From an uncultured Clostridia bacterium (lineage in GTDB: Bacteria > Bacillota > Clostridia > Christensenellales > CAG-138): a stretch of DNA of 64,000 nucleotides. The notes below the pieces were generated by a model that saw only the letters and a program-made list of their open reading frames with translations, did not search any database and had not been told where the DNA came from. This document shows positions 42,909-52,094 of the stretch, piece by piece (the stretch's first letter is position 1; each line of letters opens with the position of its first letter). Made by a program: the position numbers and the translations under genes. The stretch covers positions 137,077-201,076 of the forward strand of contig CAMVNO010000001.1 of assembly GCA_947168855.1 (NCBI GenBank). The letters run 5' to 3'.

Positions 42909-44732
42909 ATGAAACGAAGAGGAGAGGTATTTCGAAGAGCGTTTCTGATCTGTATCGTTCTGTTGATCATCGGAAACGTCGCGTTGGTTCTTGCCTACAC
43001 ATATTTCGGACAGAAAACATATATCGAACTTGAACGCAAATCACTGAATCAGACAGCCGACAGCCTTCAGGGATTGTTTTCTTTTGCCGATGGGCAGGAG
43101 TTTCCCAAGACCTCTTTGAAAGGGTATCTTGACATTATTTCCACCTCAAATGACGTATCATATATTCTGTTCGTACAGGGTTCCGATTCAACGGTCGATA
43201 TCTATTCCAACCTGCAGGAACTTCCCGATTCGGAATATCTGCAGGATCTGTACAGCCGCCTTTCCTCCGGCGATTCCATAGAACGCGAGGATTACAGGAT
43301 CTCTGCGCGGGTCAACGCGATTTGCGCAGGCCGTCAGGTATGTATCGGACAAAACGTTTATGCGGGCAGTTTCGTTCTGATCCGTCCGATCAATCGGATC
43401 AACATTGCTTTTGCACGTCTTTCCCGTTCCCTGTGGATTGTTTTATTGCTTCTGCTGCCGCTTTTGATTCTGACATCCTACTTTGCGGTCAATCAGATGC
43501 TGCACCCGATCACCGAAATGACAGGCGTTGCAAAACAGCTGTCCAAAGGGAATTATGACGTGCGTGCGAAGGATGACTATCCCGGCGAACTCGGGCTGTT
43601 TGCCCGTACGCTGAACAACATGAGCAGCGCGCTGTCCTCAACCATTCGGCAGCTTGAAAATGAAAAACGCCAGCTCGGTTATATCCTTTCCAGTTTCAAC
43701 GACGGCGTTGCCGCAATCAATAAGCAGGGTGAACTGACGCATTATAATCCGGCTTTGATGAAAATGTTCGGCTCGGTTGATGTGCATTCCACCATGGACC
43801 TTGTTCCGGATCGCTCGATCTGGGAAGCTTTTGAAAGTGTAGTCGATTCGGAAGAGCCCCGCATGTTCCATTACAATCTCCCGGGTGATCGCGTTTTGTG
43901 GATTTCCGTTGTTCCCGTTCTTTCGGATTCGGAAGGATGCGTCGGCGCTGTCGGATTGTTCAAAGATGCAACCGAAATCGAAAAGCTTGAACGAATGCGG
44001 AATGAGTATGTTGCAAATATCAGCCATGAACTGCGCACGCCGTTAACCGCTCTGCGCGGACTGCTGGAACCTCTTTCCGACGGAATGATCAAGGATCCTG
44101 AAAAGCAGAATCAATATTATAATATCATGCTGCGAGAAGTGGAACGCCTGTCGCGCCTGATCACAGACATGCTTCAGCTGTCAAGGTTGCAAGCCGGTAC
44201 GGAAACGATGGACATGACCATGTTCAATGTCAATGAGCTTCTGGAAGAGGTCATGCAAAGCTTCCAGACCGAAGCGAAAAAGCGCAGCATCCGCATTGAA
44301 CTGGAAACGGAGGAATCGCTTTCCCCGGTACTGAGTGATCGGGATCGGATCGAACAGGTGCTTGTCATCCTGATCGACAACGCTTTGCGCTACGCAAAAA
44401 GCACGATCCGTCTTCGCGCTTCCGACGCCGTTCATGAGGTTATTATCGATGTTTGGGATGATGGGATCGGAATATCCAAAGATAATCTTTCCCGCGTATT
44501 TGAACGGTTTTATAAGGTTGACGCGTCGCGTAAGGACGGCGGCACCGGTCTGGGCCTGTCGATTGCTAAAAAGATCATGGATCAATTGGAAGAGCAAATC
44601 GAAGTCGACAGTGTGGAAGGGGAGTGGACCTGTTTCCGCTTCACGCTCAAAAAATATGTCAGCAACGCGATCCCACTCTCTTCCGTTGCCGATATTATCG
44701 TTTCTCCGGACAACAAATCATCAGATCAATAA
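42909..44732 (+). CDS. sensor histidine kinase (HAMP-PAS-HisKA-HATPase)
   Basis: Two TM helices, a HAMP domain, the H-box ISHELRTPLTAL, the N-box LIDNALRYA and the G-boxes DDGIGI and GTGLGLSI. Confidence 0.9.
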   Translation: MKRRGEVFRRAFLICIVLLIIGNVALVLAYTYFGQKTYIELERKSLNQTADSLQGLFSFADGQEFPKTSLKGYLDIISTSNDVSYILFVQGSDSTVDIYSNLQELPDSEYLQDLYSRLSSGDSIEREDYRISARVNAICAGRQVCIGQNVYAGSFVLIRPINRINIAFARLSRSLWIVLLLLLPLLILTSYFAVNQMLHPITEMTGVAKQLSKGNYDVRAKDDYPGELGLFARTLNNMSSALSSTIRQLENEKRQLGYILSSFNDGVAAINKQGELTHYNPALMKMFGSVDVHSTMDLVPDRSIWEAFESVVDSEEPRMFHYNLPGDRVLWISVVPVLSDSEGCVGAVGLFKDATEIEKLERMRNEYVANISHELRTPLTALRGLLEPLSDGMIKDPEKQNQYYNIMLREVERLSRLITDMLQLSRLQAGTETMDMTMFNVNELLEEVMQSFQTEAKKRSIRIELETEESLSPVLSDRDRIEQVLVILIDNALRYAKSTIRLRASDAVHEVIIDVWDDGIGISKDNLSRVFERFYKVDASRKDGGTGLGLSIAKKIMDQLEEQIEVDSVEGEWTCFRFTLKKYVSNAIPLSSVADIIVSPDNKSSDQ

Positions 44733-44801
44733 TATCTTTGAAACGCGCATATATAGGAACCTCTCTGCGTATGTTTTGATAACAACACAGGGAGGTTTTC
44801 T

Positions 44802-45695
44802 ATGGAACACAAACATGTATCTTCAAAAACCGGTAATGCCCGGAAAGGATCCGGAAGGATCGGTACGGCTGTCTTTTTGATTGTATCCATCGTTCTGATT
44901 GCGGGTATTGTCGTCCTTTCGCCGCTCGGTGAATCCTTGATGACACACGTGATTACACCGATTGCTTCCTGCCGGTCCGCAGGGTCTGATCACAGCATTG
45001 TTTCCGCGCTCAAACAACAGGAGGATGTACAGGCAACGGCCTCGCCGAGCATTGTGCCGAATAGCAAGAAGCACGAAACGATCACGATTGAGGAGCGTCC
45101 GTTCTATATCCTGCAAATGGGCGCATTTACCGATGCGGCCGCTGCCGATCAGCATGCAAGCGAAATCCTGCGAATGGGTGCCGGCGGAACGGTTTTTCAG
45201 GACGGATCCGTTTTCAGAGTGTTTGCCGCCGCATATATGGACGAAGCCAGTCTGAAGAAAGTACAGTCGCAGGTTCGCGCAGACGGATTTGAGGCAACGC
45301 CGTATATCACGGAAAGCAGCGGACTGCAGATTACGCTTGACGGAGATCAGCAGGCTGTGGATCTTGTGAAGGATTCGATACGGATACTGTCAGACATTCC
45401 TTCCGAATTGTGCGAATTGTGCCTGTGCTACGATAAAGGTGAAATCAACGACGATAAACTGGTATCGGAGCTTGAGACAAAACGGGACGCATGCATGAAC
45501 TCTGCAGCTAAAATGAAGGATCTGAACACAAGCGACATTGATCCGATCCGGAATCTGCTGCAAAAATATGAGCAAAATATATCGACTTTTTTAAAGGAAC
45601 ATGATACCATAAATACGGAAATGGTTTCCGGCGCGTTAAAGCGTCTTCAATTGTCGAGCATTATAGATTATATATTATTTTTTGATCGGAAATGA
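44802..45695 (+). CDS. membrane-anchored SPOR-domain protein
   Basis: TM helix near the N-terminus. FYILQMGAFTDAAAADQHASEI...VFRVFAAAYMDEASLKKVQSQVRADGFEA matches the SPOR fold pattern. Confidence 0.65.
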   Translation: MEHKHVSSKTGNARKGSGRIGTAVFLIVSIVLIAGIVVLSPLGESLMTHVITPIASCRSAGSDHSIVSALKQQEDVQATASPSIVPNSKKHETITIEERPFYILQMGAFTDAAAADQHASEILRMGAGGTVFQDGSVFRVFAAAYMDEASLKKVQSQVRADGFEATPYITESSGLQITLDGDQQAVDLVKDSIRILSDIPSELCELCLCYDKGEINDDKLVSELETKRDACMNSAAKMKDLNTSDIDPIRNLLQKYEQNISTFLKEHDTINTEMVSGALKRLQLSSIIDYILFFDRK

Positions 45696-45701
45696 GGCAA
45701 A

Positions 45702-46157
45702 ATGGATCGGGTTACGATTTACACTGACGGCGCTTGTTCCCATAATCCCGGACCCGGCGGTTGGGGCTGTGTGCTGATTTACGGAAAACACAGAAAGGAA
45801 TCCAGCGGCGGCGCCGATAATACGACCAATAACAGAATGGAATTGACGGCCGCGATCGAAGCGCTGCGCATGCTGAAACGAAGCTGTCTTGTTGATCTTT
45901 ATACAGACAGCGCGTATCTTTGCAATGCATTTGAAAAAGGCTGGCTCAGAAACTGGCGTACAAACGGATGGAAAACAGCGAACAGACACGATGTCGAAAA
46001 CAAAGATCTGTGGGAACAGCTTGATGCATTATGTATAACGCACAGTGTGACTTTCCATAAAGTCAAAGGACACGCGGATAACGAAGAAAACAATCGATGC
46101 GATAAACTTGCACGAGACGCTGTCAAAGAAATCATCAGCCTGCAATCGAAACAATGA
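45702..46157 (+). CDS. rnhA: ribonuclease HI
   Basis: IYTDGACSHNPGPGGWG, TNNRMEL, LYTDSAY and KVKGHADNEENNRCDKLA carry the DEDD catalytic residues of RNase H1. Confidence 0.9.
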   Translation: MDRVTIYTDGACSHNPGPGGWGCVLIYGKHRKESSGGADNTTNNRMELTAAIEALRMLKRSCLVDLYTDSAYLCNAFEKGWLRNWRTNGWKTANRHDVENKDLWEQLDALCITHSVTFHKVKGHADNEENNRCDKLARDAVKEIISLQSKQ

Positions 46158-46160
46158 GCG

Positions 46161-46203
46161 AAAACCTCCTGAAACGCCGAAGCGGCGATCCGGAGGTTTT
46201 TTT
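46161..46203 (+). terminator. rho-independent terminator after rnhA
   Basis: AACCTCC...GGAGGTT outer stem with an inner CGCCG/CGGCG stem, followed by TTTTTT. Confidence 0.75.
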
Positions 46204-46245
46204 GTAAAAGCGCAAAATATGTCGTAAAAGATGTCAATTTTGTAA

Positions 46246-46283
46246 ACAACTATTCGTTAAACTTGTCTTTAACGAATAGTTGT
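46246..46283. repeat. perfect 16-bp inverted repeat with 6-bp spacer upstream of the recombinase gene
   Basis: ACAACTATTCGTTAAA-CTTGTC-TTTAACGAATAGTTGT, 55 nt upstream of the XerS-like start. Confidence 0.9.
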
Positions 46284-46338
46284 GTTAGAATTATGACCGA
46301 AGAAAATGGATGATCCCTTATGATTTCGGAGGAAAATT

Positions 46339-47439
46339 ATGAGCGAATATCAGGTTCAGAAAAAGCTCGACTATATTACGCGATTCAGAAATGTACTTTC
46401 GGAACTGCCGGATTTCTGTGCTTTGTATTTTCGCGCGGTTGAACCTACAACATCCGTATTGACACGATACGGTTACGCCGTCGATCTTCGGACATTCTTT
46501 CGGTTCCTGGTTTCCGGACAGATCGATCGATTTGCCGATAAAACCGTCAAACAACTGACTCTCTCGGATCTGGAAGCCCTTTCCTCCCTCGATATTGAGC
46601 TGTATCTGGAATATATTTCTCTTTACCGAAATCAAAACTCGAAAGGCGATGCCTTAATTGAGAACAATGAACGTGCGAAATCCCGCAAATTATCCGCTAT
46701 ACGATCATTGTTTAAGTTTTTATATAAAAAATCGTTGATCCATACCAACTGTGCCGCTTTGGTCGATACCCCGAAGCTCCATGAAAAAGCGATCATTCGT
46801 TTGGAAGCCAATGAGGTTGCCGATCTTCTGGATACCGTCGAACAAGGCAGCGGCATGACGTCTGCTCAGCGTCGATACCATGATTCGACCAAACTCCGAG
46901 ACGTTGCGATTCTATCCCTTTTCCTCGGTACGGGGATTCGTATTTCCGAGCTTGTGGGTATCGACCTGAACGACATAGATTTTTCCAAAAATGAATTCGT
47001 AGTTACCCGCAAAGGCGGCAATCAGATGACCCTTGCTTTCGGTCCCGAGGTCTGTTCCGCGCTTCTGGACTATCTGGAAGAGCGAAAGACGGTCATTCCC
47101 CTTTCCGGGCACGAGTCCGCTTTTTTCCTGTCCCTTCAGAGAAAGCGAATCACCCCGCGTGCCGTGGAAAACCTCGTTAAAAAATACGCACAGATCGCTA
47201 CGCCTCTCAAAAAGATTACGCCGCACAAGCTTCGCAGCACCTACGGAACCATGCTGTACCAGGAAAGCGGCGATATCTACCTCGTTGCAGATGTTTTGGG
47301 GCACAAGGACGTCAACACCACGCGCAAGCACTATGCCGCGATGAGCGAAGAAAAGAGTCATGAGGCTGCAAAGTACATCAAACTGCGGGAGGAAAACGCG
47401 GAAAATCCCGAATTGAGGCCGTCTTTTCCTGAACTTTGA
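46339..47439 (+). CDS. tyrosine site-specific recombinase, XerS-like
   Basis: 366 aa. RDVAILSLFLGTGIRISELVGIDLNDI, VTRKGGNQ, ITPHKLRSTYGTMLY, LGHKDVNTTRKHY. By recall, the extended N-terminus and overall length resemble streptococcal XerS more than XerC/XerD. Confidence 0.75.
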   Translation: MSEYQVQKKLDYITRFRNVLSELPDFCALYFRAVEPTTSVLTRYGYAVDLRTFFRFLVSGQIDRFADKTVKQLTLSDLEALSSLDIELYLEYISLYRNQNSKGDALIENNERAKSRKLSAIRSLFKFLYKKSLIHTNCAALVDTPKLHEKAIIRLEANEVADLLDTVEQGSGMTSAQRRYHDSTKLRDVAILSLFLGTGIRISELVGIDLNDIDFSKNEFVVTRKGGNQMTLAFGPEVCSALLDYLEERKTVIPLSGHESAFFLSLQRKRITPRAVENLVKKYAQIATPLKKITPHKLRSTYGTMLYQESGDIYLVADVLGHKDVNTTRKHYAAMSEEKSHEAAKYIKLREENAENPELRPSFPEL

Positions 47440-47446
47440 TAATTTG

Positions 47447-47460
47447 CGAACATTTGTTTG
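47447..47460. promoter_or_regulatory. LexA (Cheo/SOS) box upstream of lexA
   Basis: CGAACATTTGTTTG compared with the Firmicutes consensus CGAAC-N4-GTTCG, located 45 nt upstream of the lexA start. Confidence 0.65.
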
Positions 47461-47504
47461 CATTTTGGAGAGGATTCTGCTATAATCGTTTCGGAGGTGA
47501 TATC

Positions 47505-48116
47505 TTGAAAAAGATCCATGATGCGAAGGAAAAGATTTATCAGTTCATTCTTTCCGAAATCGATCGAAAAGGGTTTCCTCCGACGGTGCGCGAGATCTGC
47601 GACGGCGTCGGCCTCGCTTCCCCTGCCTCCGTGCATCGTTATTTGCGCATTCTTGCGGAAGAAGGTCTGCTCCGCGTCGATCCCAATAAAAAGCGCGCCT
47701 ATACCGTACCGGATTACAGACGCGATAAGACGGCTTCCCTGCCCCTGTTGGGAAAGGTCGCAGCCGGTCTCCCGATTCTTGCACACGAGAATCGTGAAGA
47801 CGTCTTCCCCGTCCCTTCCATGCTTCTTCACGGACTGCGCAGCGACGCTTTCATGCTGCGTGTCGACGGCGAAAGCATGAAAAACGCCGGTATTTGCGAT
47901 CGCGATATCATCGTCGTTGAATTGGGAACGGTTCCGAAGGACGGCGACATCGTTGTCGCCCGGGTAAACAGCGAAGAAGTGACTGTCAAACGGTTTTTCC
48001 AAAAAGGAAAGGAGATCGAGCTTCGTCCCGAAAACGAGGCCTTCACCCCTATGGTTTATCCGATTGATCAGGTTGAGATCCTTGGCTGCGTGACAGGATT
48101 AATGCGCAGCTATTAA
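47505..48116 (+). CDS. lexA: LexA repressor
   Basis: TTG start after GGAGGTG. Winged-helix FPPTVREICDGVGLASPASVHRYL. An AG cleavage site (GKVAAGLPI). S24 peptidase MLRVDGESMKNAGI...VKRF. Confidence 0.9.
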   Translation: MKKIHDAKEKIYQFILSEIDRKGFPPTVREICDGVGLASPASVHRYLRILAEEGLLRVDPNKKRAYTVPDYRRDKTASLPLLGKVAAGLPILAHENREDVFPVPSMLLHGLRSDAFMLRVDGESMKNAGICDRDIIVVELGTVPKDGDIVVARVNSEEVTVKRFFQKGKEIELRPENEAFTPMVYPIDQVEILGCVTGLMRSY

Positions 48117-49334
48117 TGCCGTCAAAACACTCCTTGCGGCAAGCACGGCATGTTCATATGTCAAAGCGCCCTGCAGATATGCCGTATACGGCGCGCGAAT
48201 CGGACCGTCTGCAGACAATTCCGTCGTTGCGCCCTGCACGAACGTACCTGCTGCCATAATGACCGGATCCGCATAGCCGGGCATATCCCACGGTTCCGGC
48301 ACAACAAAGCTGTCAATCGGCGCGGCTGCCTGGACTGCCTGCATAAACGCAATCATATCTTCTTTCCTGTCAAACATCACGGATTGAATGATATCGCTTC
48401 GTTCCGATTCAACGCCGGGCATCGTCCTGAGATGCAGCATTTCAAACAAAGCGGAAAACAGAATCGCACTCTTCAGGCATTGCATAACGGTATGAGGCGC
48501 TAAAAACAGGCCCTGATAAAACGGACGATAGGAAGCGGCATAGGAACCGATCTCCCGTCCGCAGCCCGGTACGGTCTGTCGGAAAGAAACTGCCTCTATC
48601 AGGTCTTTTCTGCCTGCGACATATCCCCCGGTCGGTGCAATTCCGCCTCCGCAGTTCTTGATCAGGCTTCCGGCCATCAGATCGGCGCCGACGGCTGTCG
48701 GTTCGACGGATTCCGTAAACTCTCCGTAGCAATTATCAACAAATACGATCACATCAGGACGGATCGAACGAACAAATTCGATCGCTTTCCGGATTTTGGC
48801 GATTGTAAGCGCCTCGCGCCAGGCATACCCTCTTGAACGCTGCAAATAGATCATTTTCACGGTTGGATTGTTCATCAGGCGTTCTGCCGCTTTCTCCTGA
48901 TCGACTTCGCCTTCTTTCAGCGAAACTGAGTCAAACCGGATATCAAATCTCGAGAGCGCATTCGGCAGATTCCCGTTCAATCCGATCGCACTTTCCAGAG
49001 TATCGTAAGGAACGCCGGTCAGCGAAAGAACGGTATCGTTCGGTTCCAACGTGCCGGACAGCGCAAGAAAGATGGCGTGCGTCCCGTTTGCGATCTGCGG
49101 CCGTACGAGCGCGGATTCCGCGTTGAGCGCGTACGCAAAAACCTCGTCCAAAGCGTCACGTCCGATATCATCGTATCCGTATCCTTCCGTCGGCGAAAAA
49201 TGTCTTGCAGAGATTCTGTTTTCCTGAAACGCCTTCAGAACGCGCTCCTGACAAATCAGAGCATTCTGTTCCGCACGGTCAAATGCCTCTGATGCGCGTC
49301 TTTCCGCTTCGCGGATCATTTCATTGATTTCCAT
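48099..49334 (-). CDS. PLP-dependent YnbB / aluminium-resistance family protein (Met gamma-lyase-like)
   Basis: 411 aa. HFSPTEGYGYDDIGRD, ANGTHAI and GSLIKNCGGGIAPTGGY are typical of this family, which often lies downstream of miaA. Confidence 0.75.
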   Translation of the reverse strand: MEINEMIREAERRASEAFDRAEQNALICQERVLKAFQENRISARHFSPTEGYGYDDIGRDALDEVFAYALNAESALVRPQIANGTHAIFLALSGTLEPNDTVLSLTGVPYDTLESAIGLNGNLPNALSRFDIRFDSVSLKEGEVDQEKAAERLMNNPTVKMIYLQRSRGYAWREALTIAKIRKAIEFVRSIRPDVIVFVDNCYGEFTESVEPTAVGADLMAGSLIKNCGGGIAPTGGYVAGRKDLIEAVSFRQTVPGCGREIGSYAASYRPFYQGLFLAPHTVMQCLKSAILFSALFEMLHLRTMPGVESERSDIIQSVMFDRKEDMIAFMQAVQAAAPIDSFVVPEPWDMPGYADPVIMAAGTFVQGATTELSADGPIRAPYTAYLQGALTYEHAVLAARSVLTALIAAH

Positions 49335-50268
49335 TTAGTCTCTCCATAACCTGTTGTATCAGTTCCGTTGAAGACAATACCATTGGATCAAGCCAAACTG
49401 TATTTTTACTGCGTTTGAACCAAGTGATCTGCCTCTTTGCAAAATGCCGTGTATCGAGTTTTATTCGTTCAACAGCTTCTGTCAGCGATGCCGCTCCCGT
49501 GTATACGTCATACAGTTGTGCATATCCGATTGACTGCAGCGCGCGGCAGTTCTGCGGTGTGAATCCCCTGTCGAAAAACGAAAAAGCTTCTTCCTGAAGT
49601 CCCTGCTCCATCATCCGGTCGACCCTCTGATCGATCCGCTCATAAAGGAATTTGCGTTCCGTATTCAAGCCGATCCGTATCACGCGATAGGTATCGTCCC
49701 CCTGCTGTGCAGCCTCGAATGCACGGTTCAGCGCGGAAAATGATTGTCCGGTGATTCGATACACTTCCAACGCGCGCACGACTCTTTTTTTGTCATTCGG
49801 ATGCAGTCTCTTTGCGGTTTCCCCGTCAACCGATCTCAGCGAGTCAAATAAGGCGAATGGATCGCTGTCATATTCTTTCTCGAGCGCATCCCGAACAGAG
49901 ACGTCTGAAGGCGCTGAGAAACGCATATCGGAAAACACGGCGTCAACATACAATCCGCTTCCGCCTACAACAATCGGAAGCTTTTTACGCGATAATATGT
50001 CGTCGATTGCTTTTCTTGCAAGGTCGCGGAACGTAGAAACCGTAAAGGATTGATCCGTTGCCTCGACGCAGTCGATCAGATGATGCGGAATGCCCTGTCT
50101 TTCCTCTAAGGTCGGTTTTGCCGAACCGATATTCAGTCCGCGATATACGGCAACGGCGTCCGCAGATACGATCTCGCCTCCTGTGCGATTCGCGAGCGCA
50201 ACGGATAATGCCGTTTTTCCGCATGCGGTGGGTCCGACAATGCATAGGACAACCGGAGATGTGCTCAT
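49321..50268 (-). CDS. miaA: tRNA dimethylallyltransferase
   Basis: Start at MSTSPVVLCIVGPTACGKTALS (P-loop). SADAVAVYRGLNIGSAKP and IPHHLID. ATGA overlap with the mutL stop. The upstream part of track ORF 50433 is not translated. Confidence 0.9.
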   Translation of the reverse strand: MSTSPVVLCIVGPTACGKTALSVALANRTGGEIVSADAVAVYRGLNIGSAKPTLEERQGIPHHLIDCVEATDQSFTVSTFRDLARKAIDDILSRKKLPIVVGGSGLYVDAVFSDMRFSAPSDVSVRDALEKEYDSDPFALFDSLRSVDGETAKRLHPNDKKRVVRALEVYRITGQSFSALNRAFEAAQQGDDTYRVIRIGLNTERKFLYERIDQRVDRMMEQGLQEEAFSFFDRGFTPQNCRALQSIGYAQLYDVYTGAASLTEAVERIKLDTRHFAKRQITWFKRSKNTVWLDPMVLSSTELIQQVMERLNGNQ

Positions 50269-52091
50269 ACGATCCGTCGGAACATTTTTTCCAGTTCCGA
50301 TTTTGTGATTCGCACGATCACGGGACGTCCGTGTGGACAGGTAAGCGGCATCTGACCGTTCAGAAAAGCATCCAGCAGTGAAGAAATCTCCTCCCTGGTG
50401 ATCGCCTCGCCGCCTTTGATCGCATGCTTGCATGCCGTCTGCATCAATCGTTCCTTCAAAAGCTTCTGCTGAATATTTTTGCCGTATTCATCAAGAATTG
50501 TTAAAACGGCATGCAGGTATGATTCGCCGAGTATCTGCCCGTTCAAAACAGGGGTCTCGTTCATTGTCAATGTTGTGGCGCCGGACCGGATCAAGCCGTA
50601 TCCGAGTTCGATAAGACGCTCCTGATTGGTTTCCCATGTCGAAAATTCGGAAGCTGTCAATACAATGTCTCTCGGAACAAGCAGCTGTTGAGAAGACAAA
50701 CCTGTTTCACGCGAGCAAAGCTCATCATATAATTTGCGTTCATGCGCGGCGTGCTGATCGATCAAAAACAGATTGTCATCGCGTGTCGCGATCCAATACG
50801 TCTGAAACACGCATCCGATAAGATCCGTCTGCGTGTCGGAAAACAGCGGAGACGCGGGTTCTGATTTCTTTTGCAGTTCCGTCGGTTCTGTCTGCACGGT
50901 AAATTTCGGGACTCTCCCCTGCGTTCCCTGTGTCTGAAACGTGCTGAACGTGTTTTCATGATAAGCATACCGGCTGTTTTTGTCCGCATAGTCATGAAAA
51001 TCAATACGCGGAGAAGGCGCGGCTTTACGATCCGGTATCGGATCTTCGGAAAAGCTCGGCAGTTTCGGCATGACATGATCAAATGCGGATTCGACATGTT
51101 TCTCGCTCGATCCGAGCGCAAGCTTTGCAGCAGCGGAGACCGCAGTAAACACGCGGTTCTCGTTTGCAAAGCGCACCTCGGATTTCGTCGGATGCACGTT
51201 GACGTCGACCTCCTGCGGAGCAAGAGAAAGATTCAGGACAAAGAACGGGAATCTGCCGATCATGAGCCGCGTATCATACGCCTGCGCAACCGCAGCGGAA
51301 ATTGCTGCCGAACGAATCGAACGCCCATTGATAAACAGCGTCTGAAAGCTTCGATTGTTCCTCGAGATCTCAGGCAATCCCAGGTATCCTTCGATCTTGA
51401 TATATCCGTTGTCGTAATGCACTTCGGCAAGCTTTTCCGCGACCGTCGCGCCGTAAACGCAGAATACGGCATTGTAAAGATTTCCGTCGCCGTAGGTCTC
51501 ATAGACCGTTTTTCCGTCCGATTCATACCGGAACGAGATCTCCGGTCTTGCAAGGATCATTTTACCGATATAATCGCCGATGTATCCCGCTTCCGTCCGC
51601 GCAGATTTCAGGAATTTCAGCCTTGCGGGTACCGATGCAAACAGTTCCTCAACGACAAAGGTCGTGCCGAATACGCACGAACTGTCCTCTTCACTGACGA
51701 CCGTACCGTTGTCGAGTAACAGCCTGGTTCCGACCTCCGCCCCTTTCGGACGCGTTGTCATGGTCACACGGGATACAGATGCAATGGAAGCAAGCGCTTC
51801 TCCGCGGAAGCCGAGTGTAAGCACGTGCGAAAGATCATCCGCTGTGGAAATCTTGCTGGTTGCGTGGCGTAAAAACGCATTGCGGCAGTCCTCACGCGCG
51901 ATCCCGCAGCCGTTGTCGATCACGGTGATGCTGCGCATGCCGCCGTTTTCGATCCGAACGGTCACTGAAGTTGCGCCGGCGTCGATCGCGTTTTCAACCA
52001 GCTCTTTTACAACGGAAGCCGGGCGTTCCACAACCTCGCCTGCAGCGATCTGGTTTGCAACCTGCGGTTTTAATACATGAATGACCGCCAT
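50265..52091 (-). CDS. mutL: DNA mismatch repair protein MutL
   Basis: IAAGEVVERPASVVKELVENAIDAGA, DNGCGI and FRGEALASI match the GHKL ATPase domain. The C-terminal dimerisation region contains CPHGRP. Confidence 0.95.
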   Translation of the reverse strand: MAVIHVLKPQVANQIAAGEVVERPASVVKELVENAIDAGATSVTVRIENGGMRSITVIDNGCGIAREDCRNAFLRHATSKISTADDLSHVLTLGFRGEALASIASVSRVTMTTRPKGAEVGTRLLLDNGTVVSEEDSSCVFGTTFVVEELFASVPARLKFLKSARTEAGYIGDYIGKMILARPEISFRYESDGKTVYETYGDGNLYNAVFCVYGATVAEKLAEVHYDNGYIKIEGYLGLPEISRNNRSFQTLFINGRSIRSAAISAAVAQAYDTRLMIGRFPFFVLNLSLAPQEVDVNVHPTKSEVRFANENRVFTAVSAAAKLALGSSEKHVESAFDHVMPKLPSFSEDPIPDRKAAPSPRIDFHDYADKNSRYAYHENTFSTFQTQGTQGRVPKFTVQTEPTELQKKSEPASPLFSDTQTDLIGCVFQTYWIATRDDNLFLIDQHAAHERKLYDELCSRETGLSSQQLLVPRDIVLTASEFSTWETNQERLIELGYGLIRSGATTLTMNETPVLNGQILGESYLHAVLTILDEYGKNIQQKLLKERLMQTACKHAIKGGEAITREEISSLLDAFLNGQMPLTCPHGRPVIVRITKSELEKMFRRIV

Positions 52092-52094
52092 GGG

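Noticed and set aside
46339-47439. Tyrosine recombinase as a second prophage integrase or the integrase of the mapped prophage.
   Set aside because: It lies about 7 kb outside attR among housekeeping genes, has no adjacent phage genes, and is Xer-like in sequence.
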